DNA of 64,000 bases, taken from an uncultured Acidobacteriota bacterium. Its GTDB lineage: Bacteria > Acidobacteriota > Vicinamibacteria > Vicinamibacterales > UBA2999. The notes beneath the pieces were generated by a model. It made no database searches. It was not told where the DNA came from and saw nothing but the letters and a program-made list of their open reading frames with translations. A program made the translations under genes and the position numbers. The DNA lies in NCBI GenBank assembly GCA_963839865.1, contig CAWIWS010000020.1:569814-633813 (forward strand), in the 5' to 3' direction. This document shows positions 1 through 8,192 of the stretch, piece after piece; the first letter of the stretch is position 1; each line of letters begins with the position of its first letter.

Positions 1-378
1 CCGGAGCGATCGCGCGCGGAGATTCGCCGCCACATCACGGGCGCCACGCGCAGCATCCACATCCTGGACCACAAGCTGTCGGATCCGGACCTGGTGGGCC
101 TGCTACGGGAAAGGCGCGCCGCGGGCGTCACGGTGTCCGTGCTGGGCGCCAAGTCGATGGGCACGCTCGTGCCGCACGGCAAGATGATGATCATCGACGA
201 GGCGGTGGCGATCATGGGCAGCACGGCGCTGTCGACGCTCAGCCTCGACTTCCGCCGCGAAGTGTCCGTCGTGATCGACGACGCGGCCCTCGTCAAGCAC
301 CTCCACACCACGTATCAGCGGATGCGAGCGCGCACCGGCGCGACCGCGGCGCTCTTGCCGGGAGATCGGATCGCATGA
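1..378 (+). CDS. phospholipase D / cardiolipin-synthase-like protein, C-terminal HKD domain (5' end outside window)
   Basis: Frame open from base 1 to the stop at 376-378. Carries the HxKxxxxD motif HGKMMIIDEAVAIMGSTALS of the PLD superfamily. Confidence 0.7.
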   Translation, partial: PERSRAEIRRHITGATRSIHILDHKLSDPDLVGLLRERRAAGVTVSVLGAKSMGTLVPHGKMMIIDEAVAIMGSTALSTLSLDFRREVSVVIDDAALVKHLHTTYQRMRARTGATAALLPGDRIA

Positions 379-1720
379 CGACACGGGAGACGGGAGTCGG
401 GAGACGGGAGTCGGGAGTCCTTCGACTGCGCTCAGGACGAGTCGCGCGATGGCTGCTCGCCGCCGGCTTCATCCTGCTGGTCGCTGCGTCGCCCGCGTTC
501 GCGCAGAAGAAGCCGGTGAAGAAGGGCCTCGTCTGGGACGACCGGCCCTCCATCGTCTTCAGCAAGAACATCCACATCGACCTGCGGATGAAGCTGCAGA
601 CCGACTGGCGGCAATTCGACCCCGAAATCAATCGCGACCTCTTCGACTTCCGCAACCTGCGCTTCGGCGTGAAGGGCGAGTTCACCAAGCATTTCGACTT
701 CGAGGTGGAACGCGAGGTCGACACCACGGAGTGGCAGTGCGGGCGACTGGAAGGACGTCTACGTCAACTGGAAGACCTTCGACGCCGTCGCAGATGCAGG
801 GCGGGCGGTTCAAGGTGCCCTTCGGCATGGAGCAGCTGACCGGCCCGACCGATACGGATTTCGCGTATCGCAGCCTGGGCTCTTCCATCATCGCGCCCGC
901 GCGCGACAAGGGCGGCATGGTCCATGGCCGCTTCTGGGGACGCGACCTGACCTACCAGGCCGGCGTGTTCAACGGCGATGGCGACAACGGCAAGCTGAAG
1001 GGACGCGCAGTTCGTGCTGCCAGGAGAGGAGGAACCGGCCGCCGGTCCCTCGGTGGCGGCGCGCGTGACGGCGACCCTGCTCCGGAAGCTCCCGGTGCCG
1101 AAGAAGATGCAGAGCATCCGGCTCGGCGTGGCCTACACGAACGGCGAGCTGCCCGAAGGCCTCAACAGCCTCAAGGGCGAGTCCGTGTTCGGCAAGAAGT
1201 ACTTCGACAACGTCTACGTGAAGGGCCGCCGGCAGCGCATCGGCACGGAGTTCGAGTGGACGCCCGGTCCCATCGGGGTCAAGGCCGAGTGGATGCAGGC
1301 GCGCGAGGATCGGCGGCAGCAGGGCAATCGGAACGAGGACCTGTCGGACTTTCTCAGCACGGGGTGGTACACGAGCGGCACGTGGCTGCGTGACGGGCGA
1401 GAAGAAGGACGGCAACATCAACCCCCGCAAGCCGCTGTTTCGCGGCGGCGCCGGGGCGATCGAAGTGGGCGCGCGCTACGACGTGCTCGGGTTCAGCAGC
1501 GCGAGCCAGGCGGGACCGGCGTACACCAATCCGCGGGCCGACCACCAGGTCCCCAACAGCCGACCAGGTCTGGACGTTCGGCCTCAACTGGTTTCCCAAC
1601 CGCTGGGTGAAGGTGGTGGCCAACGGCATCCACGAGACGTTCGAGGATCCGAACCGGACGCCAAAGGCGGGCTACACGTCGTTCTGGGCGGCGCTGGTGC
1701 GGACACAGCTGGTGTTCTGA
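375..1720 (+). CDS. phosphate-selective porin O/P-like outer-membrane protein, about 4 apparent frameshifts
   Basis: Signal peptide LLAAGFILLVAASPAFAQ. Porin-like segments follow in frames 0,2,0,1,2: IHIDLRMKLQTDWRQF, RFKVPFGMEQLTGPTDTDFAYRS, GVFNGDGDNGKLKG, IRLGVAYTNGELPEG, and the C-terminus WTFGLNWFPNRWVKVVANGIHETF...LVF with stop at 1718-1720. Confidence 0.6.
384..440. repeat. GGGAG(A/T)C heptamer x5 followed by CTTCGAC..GCTCAGG tail (dispersed element family, copy 1)
   Basis: GGGAGACGGGAGTCGGGAGACGGGAGTCGGGAGTC + CTTCGACTGCGCTCAGGACGAG. Related copies at 29358-29417 (opposite strand) and 36226-36243. Confidence 0.6.
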
Positions 1721-1721
1721 G

Positions 1722-2968
1722 GTGATGATGGCGATGCGTCACTACGGATGGGCGGCGGTCCTCGTGCTGGTCCTGGCCGGACCCGTCGCGGCGCAGACCT
1801 CCGACGACTTCTTCAATCCCGAGGTCCTGCAGCGCGTGGAGCTGTGGATGAACTCGAAGGACTGGGAGAAGCTGAAGCAGAACTTCGAGGAGAACACCTA
1901 CTACCCGGCCGACGTCGTCTGGGGCGGCCAGACGGTGCGCAACGTCGGCATCCGCTCGCGCGGCCTCGGCTCGCGGAGCGCCACCAAGCCCGGCCTGCGG
2001 GTGGACATGGATCGCTACGCGACGGACCAGACCTTCCTGGGCCTGAAGTCCTTCGTCCTGGACAACCTCACCCAGGACGCCTCGGGCGTCAAGGAAACCA
2101 TGACCATGCGGTTCTTCGCGCGCCTCGGCATCCCCGCGTCGCGCGAGACGCACACGCGCCTCTACGTCAACGGCGAGTACGCCGGGCTGTACGCGCTGAT
2201 CGAGTCGGTGGACAAGACGATGCTGGCCCGCGTCTACGGCAAGATCGGCGACGACACGCAGAACGACGGGTACCTGTTCGAGTACAAGTACCAGCGTCGG
2301 GTCGCCCTGGCGGTTCCAGTACCTGGGGCCGTCGCTCGACCCCTACAAGGTGTACTTCGACGCGAAGACCCACGAGGACAAGAGCGACACGAAGAAGTGG
2401 GGGCCGATCGAGGAGGTCAACCGGCTCGTGAACGACACGCCGGCGGCGAGCTTCGAGGCGACCGTCAACCCGAAGCTCGACCTCACCAAGTACATCCAGT
2501 ACATGGCCGCGCAGAACTTCGTGGCGGAAAACGACGGCTTCCTCGGCTACGACGGGATGAACAACTTCTATTTCTACCGTCTGGAGAACAGCGACCAGCA
2601 CGTGTTCATCGCGTGGGACGAGGACAACGCGTTCCTGAGCCCGGACTTCCTGATCAACACGCGCCACGACGAGAACGTCCTGATGTCGAAGACGATGGCG
2701 CTCGACAAGTATCGAGTCGCTGTACTACACGTCCCTCTCGGAGCAGGCCGCGTCGGCCGCCGACGGCGACTGGCTGCAGAACGAGATGCAGCGCCAGCTG
2801 GACATGATCGCCGACCCGATGCGCGAGGACACGAAGAAGCCCTACACCAACGACGACCACGCCGCGGCGCGTGCCGCGATGCTGGCGTTCCCCGCCGCGC
2901 GGGTCACCTACGTGCAGTGCGAGGTGGCAAAGACGACCGGCCAGGCGAAGCCCGCCGGCTGCCAGTAA
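1722..2968 (+). CDS. CotH-family protein (secreted), 2 apparent frameshifts
   Basis: Signal peptide. CotH-like blocks: VVWGGQTVRNVGIRSRGLGSR, LKSFVLDNLTQDASGVKE, LYVNGEYAGLYALIESVDK, then FVAENDGFLGYDGMNNFYFYRL...FIAWDEDNAF in frame +1, and the tail in frame +2 ending at 2968. Confidence 0.65.
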
Positions 2969-3573
2969 GGCGCTTCACGGCGGCCGCGAGCCCATCCTCC
3001 GACAGATCCAGGACGCCCCTGGTGCGCGAGCCCTCGAGCGCGTCCATCATCGCCGCCCGCGCGCGCTTCGACTGAACTCGACTCGTTCGTCTGCGGCCTC
3101 GAGCAGGCCCGCGCAGTATTCGGCATACCCGCGGTCCGGCTCGCGCTTCCAGCCGTCGCGGCGCTTGCGTTCCGCGGCGAGCCCCCGGGCGTCGGCGGGC
3201 GGGCACGAAGCGGAGCACGTCGCGCAGCCAGCCGTCCGCGAGGTCGCACGCCACGCCAAAGGCCACGGCGGTCTCCACGTACGGCGCCGCGATCACGATG
3301 CCGCCCTCGCGGAGCACCGGCGCGATCTCCCACCGGACGCGGAACGCCAGGTCCGCCGCGTACAGGAGCGTCAACGTGCGCGGCGAGATGGTGCGCGTCA
3401 CCCTCTCCCTGCGCCAGTTCACCAAACAGCCCCGACGCGTCCCAGTGGCTGACCGCGCAGGCCATGCCCCGATCGCGCAGCCGGGCCGCGAGGGCGTCGG
3501 CGGCCTTCCGGACATCGTTGCCGCGCGAGCCGTCGATGGCTACGAGCCGGCCGGGGGAGACTTGCTCAGCCAT
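2904..3573 (-). CDS. thymidylate-kinase-like protein (degenerate P-loop), frameshifted; 3' end uncertain
   Basis: The N-terminus LVAIDGSRGNDVRKAADALAARLRDRG resembles the dTMP kinase fold. It continues in another frame as TLTLLYAADLAFRVRWEIAPVLREGGIVIAAPYVETAVAFG. Confidence 0.4.
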
Positions 3574-4291
3574 TCTTCAACCGCGTCCTTGCTGTGCGTG
3601 GTCCACGGGCGCTTCTGCACGCCCTCGACAAGCGCGCGCACGCGGGTGTGCTGGCGATACACGGCGTTCGCCGGCGTCCACGGTCACGAACTGGAAGATG
3701 AGGGACAGGTTCTCGTACTCGGTGACCACGCGTTCGATGAAGCGTCCGTAGCTGGCGAGCGGGATCGTCGAGGCCCGTCACGTCCTGCCCGGCTTCGTAG
3801 AAGTGCGGCGCGCGGGTGGACGCGATGCGCCGGCTCGAGTCTTCCGGCGCCATCGAGAAATACAGCACGAGGTCCGGCCAGAGCAGCGGCGAGTAGACGT
3901 GAAGGAGCCAGTCGAGGTCGAGGCCGCGCGCCGCGTCCCGCGCCAGCGCCGTGAACAGGTAGCGATCGGCGAGCACGGTCTTGCCGGCCCACAGCGCCGG
4001 GAGGATCGTCGTCTCGATGCGGTGGCGGAAATCGATCGCGTGGAGCAGCGAGTACTCCTCGACCGAGAGTGTCCGGATGCGCTTGCGCGCCTTGAGGAGC
4101 GGCTTGACGAGCGGCGACGACGCCCAGCGCGTGGACACGACCTCATGGCCCTGGCTTTCGAGCCACCGCTTGATTAGTTTGCGCTGCGTCGTCTTGCCGG
4201 ACCCTTCGGGGCCTTCGAAGGCGATGAGCAGGCCGCGCGATCGATCCTTCGCGGCGATCGAGTGCTTGGCCGGACGCTCCGCGGAAGCCAT
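3566..4291 (-). CDS. tmk: dTMP (thymidylate) kinase, C-terminal part frameshifted
   Basis: P-loop LIAFEGPEGSGKTTQ, plus LADRYLFTALARDAARGLDLDWL. Downstream of about 3770 the sensible sequence (SYGRFIERVVTEYENLSLIFQFVTVDA) is in another frame. Confidence 0.7.
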   Translation of the reverse strand: MASAERPAKHSIAAKDRSRGLLIAFEGPEGSGKTTQRKLIKRWLESQGHEVVSTRWASSPLVKPLLKARKRIRTLSVEEYSLLHAIDFRHRIETTILPALWAGKTVLADRYLFTALARDAARGLDLDWLLHVYSPLLWPDLVLYFSMAPEDSSRRIASTRAPHFYEAGQDVTGLDDPARQLRTLHRTRGHRVREPVPHLPVRDRGRRRTPCIASTPACARLSRACRSARGPRTARTRLKNG

Positions 4292-4308
4292 GCGGACAGT
4301 CTACGCCG

Positions 4309-4857
4309 CTATTTGATCCACTCTTTCGGGACCTTCGCGGCGTCCGCCTGCTTGTTGAAGGCGTCCTGTTGACGCAGGACCTGGTCGAGCACCGACTGAG
4401 CCTTCGCCAGAAGCGCGGCGATTTTCGCCTGCTCGCGCTCGTCGCCCGCGGCCGGCTTCGACACGGCGGCCACCGCCTGGCGCGCTTTCTCGACCTGCAG
4501 CTTCAAGTTGGACGCGTTACTGCGCCAGTAAGCTTCATCGGGCTTCACCTCGCCCGCCTGGGCCTGCGGCGGTGTCTCCGCGGATGCGACGGCCGCGCTC
4601 GCATTGCCCGGCGCCGTCGTCGGCGTCCCCGCGGCTGTCGGCGGGGCCGCGCCTTCGCGTGAGCCGACGCTCGACGACCCGGTAGGGTCCGGGCGCAAGT
4701 CGGCATTCGTGTAGGTCCTGGTTGGCGCGGCAATGCCGGTCCGGCGGGCCTCTTCCTTCTTGGCGACGTCGGCGAGCGACTGCGCGGCCAACGGCGACGC
4801 GCACAGGGCAAGGATGGCCATTCCCGCTGCAAACGTGGATACGAGACACGTCCTCAT
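4309..4857 (-). CDS. secreted hypothetical protein (low-complexity Pro/Ala/Thr region plus C-terminal helical region), last gene of the pilin operon
   Basis: Signal peptide MRTCLVSTFAAGMAILALCASPLAAQ. Its start overlaps the pilX-like stop by 4 nt. No domain recognised. Confidence 0.5.
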   Translation of the reverse strand: MRTCLVSTFAAGMAILALCASPLAAQSLADVAKKEEARRTGIAAPTRTYTNADLRPDPTGSSSVGSREGAAPPTAAGTPTTAPGNASAAVASAETPPQAQAGEVKPDEAYWRSNASNLKLQVEKARQAVAAVSKPAAGDEREQAKIAALLAKAQSVLDQVLRQQDAFNKQADAAKVPKEWIK

Positions 4858-6308
4858 TGGCTCTCCAGCCAGCCCCTGATGTTGTTCACGTAGGTCGTCA
4901 CGCCGGGAATGAACGTACCAGGCGTCGAGATCGCGCCGACCAGGCCGTTGTAGGTGATCCGCGCATTACCGGAAATCGTGTTGGCGTCGAGGAGCGTCCC
5001 CACCGGCTGGTCCTGCGCGATGATCTGCCCTCGGATTTCGGCGTTGCCTTGCAGCCTGAGCTGGCCGCGAGCCAGGCTCTGCCCTTCCACCGTGAAGATG
5101 CCGGTGTCGAGGTCGACGTTGCCCAGGATGTCCAGGTCGCCGTCGGTGACGAACTGCCGGTGGGTTGAGGAGTTGTACGGTTCCAGCTTCGGGGTGCCGG
5201 CGACGTGGATGTCGCCCGTCGCGATCAGCGTCATCGGCAGGACGGGATTGCTGCCATTGGTGCCGAGGTGGCCGGTGATGCTCACATTGCCTTCCACGTA
5301 GTAGGTGCCATTGGCAGGGCGCGAGTTATTGGCGGTCCACGTGCCGCTGGCATACGACCAGGCCCCACATGGGGCGTTGCAGGACGCGGCCTCGTTGGCG
5401 ACGGTGGCCGGGTTATCGAGGGTCTGAACCTTGGCAACGCCGGCCACCACCACGAGCTTGTGCGTGGCCGTGCTCAAATAGTCAACCGCGTTGACGTTGG
5501 GCACGTTGACCGACGGCATGTTGCCGCCAAAGGTGCTGGTGGGGTCGGTGGGATGCCAACTGCCGGGATTGAAGGTGCCTGACGCAGTCGTGTCACCGGT
5601 AATCGTGGCCGAGCCATCGACTACGAGGTTCCCGTTCGCGTGCACGTTCCCTTCGGTGCCGCTGATGCCCGCGTTGCCCGTGACGGTCAGGTTGCCGTTC
5701 ACCAGGATCGCCGGGTTCGAGACGGTTGGCGCCGTCGTGGTGCTCGGGGTCGTGTTGTCGAAGGATTCGAGGACGCGCGAGACGCGGACAACGGTGTTGT
5801 TGGGGCCGAAGCCGGTAGCGCGGAGGATCAGCCGGTCGTTGGTGTTGGTGTAGGCGCTGCCGTCCTCCATCATCGCGACCAGTTGTTCCGGGCTCAACGT
5901 GGTCTGGTACAGCGACGGGTCGTCGTCGTCCAGGATCTGGATGGTGTAGGTGTACTGGCCGTCTGTGCCGAGCGCGTACGGGGAAGTGCCGGTGAGCAGG
6001 GAGGCGAGGCTGCCGTTGTCGGCATTCACGGTCGCCGTCGGATTGTCCGCGTCCACCAGGCCGTCCGGCCCGGCCAAGAGGTTGATGGTGTTGTTGTGGA
6101 CCACGGCTTCGGCCGCGCGGTTCAGGCCGGCCTCGGCGGCCGCGCGGGCGCCCGCGTAGGTCACTTCGTTAGCGGCCATGGCGGCCTCGACCCGTCCATG
6201 GAGGGCAAACCCGCTGGCCAGGCCTGTCATCACCGCCATGAGCAACAGGACGATGACCAGGGCGAAGCCTTGCTCCCGACCGTTGGATGGACGAACTTGG
6301 GTGCTCAT
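4854..6308 (-). CDS. pilX: PilX-like type IV pilus minor pilin / pilus assembly protein
   Basis: N-terminus EQGFALVIVLLLMAVMTGLASG...AMAANEVTYAGARAAAEAGLN is a PilX_N-type hydrophobic segment. A long Thr/Asn/Gly-rich beta-type domain follows. Intact 484-aa ORF. Confidence 0.6.
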   Translation of the reverse strand: MSTQVRPSNGREQGFALVIVLLLMAVMTGLASGFALHGRVEAAMAANEVTYAGARAAAEAGLNRAAEAVVHNNTINLLAGPDGLVDADNPTATVNADNGSLASLLTGTSPYALGTDGQYTYTIQILDDDDPSLYQTTLSPEQLVAMMEDGSAYTNTNDRLILRATGFGPNNTVVRVSRVLESFDNTTPSTTTAPTVSNPAILVNGNLTVTGNAGISGTEGNVHANGNLVVDGSATITGDTTASGTFNPGSWHPTDPTSTFGGNMPSVNVPNVNAVDYLSTATHKLVVVAGVAKVQTLDNPATVANEAASCNAPCGAWSYASGTWTANNSRPANGTYYVEGNVSITGHLGTNGSNPVLPMTLIATGDIHVAGTPKLEPYNSSTHRQFVTDGDLDILGNVDLDTGIFTVEGQSLARGQLRLQGNAEIRGQIIAQDQPVGTLLDANTISGNARITYNGLVGAISTPGTFIPGVTTYVNNIRGWLESQ

Positions 6309-6318
6309 TTGCTCCTCA

Positions 6319-7002
6319 CTAAATCAGCCGGGCCCGCACTCGAATTTCCGACGACAAGGTTCTGGTCACCGGCGCGTTGGTCGCGGGGTCGAGCGTGCGC
6401 GTGCGCACGGTGATCTGGATTTCGACGAAGGCGATGTTGGCGGCCACGGCGGTGATGTCGTGGTTGGTGTCGCGATAGACGAAATGGAGGTCCTGGATCA
6501 CGCGGTCGGTCCGGGTCGATGCCGCGCCCCCCAGGTTGTTGTCGAGGAAGACGATCACGTTGTTCGCGGCGTCGAACGAAATCGTCACGTCTTCGTTGGC
6601 CTGGTCGCAGGCGCCCGTGGCGTTTGGGCCCCCGATCAGGCCATCGGGCGGATTGGTGTCGGATTGCAGGCGAATGTCGTTGTCCACGCCGTCGTCGTCG
6701 GGGTCGATGCGGATGGCCTCGACGGCGGTAGGGTCGGACGGGCAAACGGTTGTGGCCTTGCTGAAGGGGTTGTTGCCGGCGCCGCGAACCAGGCGCCCGA
6801 TCCACTCCAGCGCAAAGCGGCCTTCCTGCATGGCCACCGCGTCCTCCACCTGGCGCCGGTAGCCGTTCTGGATCTGCGAGGTCAGCGCCACAGCGCCGCC
6901 CACCACGACCATCGAAATGGTCGTGGCCACGAGCAGTTCCGCGAGCGTGAAGCCGCGCTCGTTTCTGTCGGTTCGGCGACGTGGCGAAGTGACTGAAGTC
7001 AT
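6319..7002 (-). CDS. pilW: PilW-like prepilin-type minor pilin
   Basis: Internal Met at 7002 followed by the prepilin motif ERGFTLAELLVATTISMVVVGGAVAL. It reads as the C-terminal half of the 400-aa ORF 6319-7521. Confidence 0.6.
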   Translation of the reverse strand: MTSVTSPRRRTDRNERGFTLAELLVATTISMVVVGGAVALTSQIQNGYRRQVEDAVAMQEGRFALEWIGRLVRGAGNNPFSKATTVCPSDPTAVEAIRIDPDDDGVDNDIRLQSDTNPPDGLIGGPNATGACDQANEDVTISFDAANNVIVFLDNNLGGAASTRTDRVIQDLHFVYRDTNHDITAVAANIAFVEIQITVRTRTLDPATNAPVTRTLSSEIRVRARLI

Positions 7003-7004
7003 GG

Positions 7005-7521
7005 CTACCGCCGCCTGATGAGCGACACGAACTCGACCGGCATGGACGTCCGGCGATCGTCGAGGGTCACGGATCACGCGAACCGTGACCTGTCGCAAGT
7101 CCGCGGCCCCGCCGGAGGCGACGTCGGTGGGTCCCGCGACCACGTACCATCGCCGCGTGACGCCTGGCAGGGCCTCCCCAGTGATCGGGTCCACAGGGGT
7201 GTCGAAATAGTTGGCGACATTCGAGGCGAGGGTGTCGGAAGGGCTCACCTGGACCTCGGCGGCGGCGAAGTCGAGCGACATCAGCTCATCGATCTTGTCC
7301 TGCGCCAGCCGGACCGACTGGGTCTCGTTGCGGCCCAGCATCTGCATGCGGATGGTGATGGCCATCAACTCGGCGAGCGCGACGAGGCCGACGGTGACGA
7401 TCACCATGGCCACCAGCGCCTCGATGAGCGTGAACCCGCGCTCGTCAGAAGTTGCCAAAGGTGATCTGTCCGGTGGCACTGACGGTAAGCGCGCGTATTC
7501 TGGTTGAGCCATATGACACAT
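7005..7521 (-). CDS. pilV: PilV-like prepilin-type minor pilin (true start uncertain; probable frameshift near the 3' end fuses it to pilW)
   Basis: Prepilin motif ERGFTLIEALVAMVIVTVGLVALA. The alternative frame gives ...VTLDDRRTSMPVEFVSLIRRR with TAG at 7005-7007, just upstream of the pilW ATG. Confidence 0.55.
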
Positions 7522-7948
7522 TCACGGTCAAGGGCAGGGCCCCACTGGCCGCCGAAAACGTCCCGCGGCCGTTGACTTCGAGCGTGGGAACGGTGCCGAA
7601 GCTGACGCCCTCGGGCATCGGGATGATGCCGCTGTCCAGGGCTTGTTGATCGCTGCACCGGGTCGACGCCTCGTCGATCAAGGCGTCGCCCGTAACCTGC
7701 AGAATTCGCAGCTGGCCTGCCGCCGGGCAGTCGAACCGGATGCGGAAAGTCGTGTTCCGACTGATCGCCATGAGTCGCGCCTGGCGGATCTGGGAGCCGA
7801 TGGTTTCGGCCCCGGTCCAGACCCTGTTGCGGTTGATCGCCTCGCTCATCACGGGAAGGCCCACGGCGGCCAGGATCCCGATGAGGCCCAGCGTCACCAG
7901 CACTTCGAAGAGGGTGAAACCCCGTTGACCTTTCACGACCATATCCAT
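7445..7948 (-). CDS. GspH/FimT-family pseudopilin (minor pilin)
   Basis: N-terminus QRGFTLFEVLVTLGLIGILAAVGLP, then IRQARLMAISRNTTFRIRF, typical of the GspH/FimT domain. Intact. Confidence 0.7.
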   Translation of the reverse strand: MDMVVKGQRGFTLFEVLVTLGLIGILAAVGLPVMSEAINRNRVWTGAETIGSQIRQARLMAISRNTTFRIRFDCPAAGQLRILQVTGDALIDEASTRCSDQQALDSGIIPMPEGVSFGTVPTLEVNGRGTFSAASGALPLTVNVSYGSTRIRALTVSATGQITFGNF

Positions 7949-8192
7949 AGCAATCGGCAGACCACGCCTCCATCCACGGTCTCAACACTCAAGTCGCTGC
8001 AGAAGAAAGGCTTGCAGGAATTAGTCACAGTCTGGCCATTCGTAAAGTGTTCCAGAGTGCGACACATGACGGCTAATTCTGTAATGAACGCGGCCCTCCA
8101 GAGGGACAACAGCGGACACCAGGGCCCGACGGAAGGGTGCCCCCCAAGGCTCTCGATACTAGGGCGGATGCATGGGCGGCCCGATATAATCA

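Noticed and set aside
7949-8192. Sigma-54 promoter (TGGCAC-N5-TTGC) upstream of the pilin operon
   Set aside because: The closest candidate, TGGCCA...TGCA on the minus strand, has about 21 nt spacing instead of the canonical spacing.
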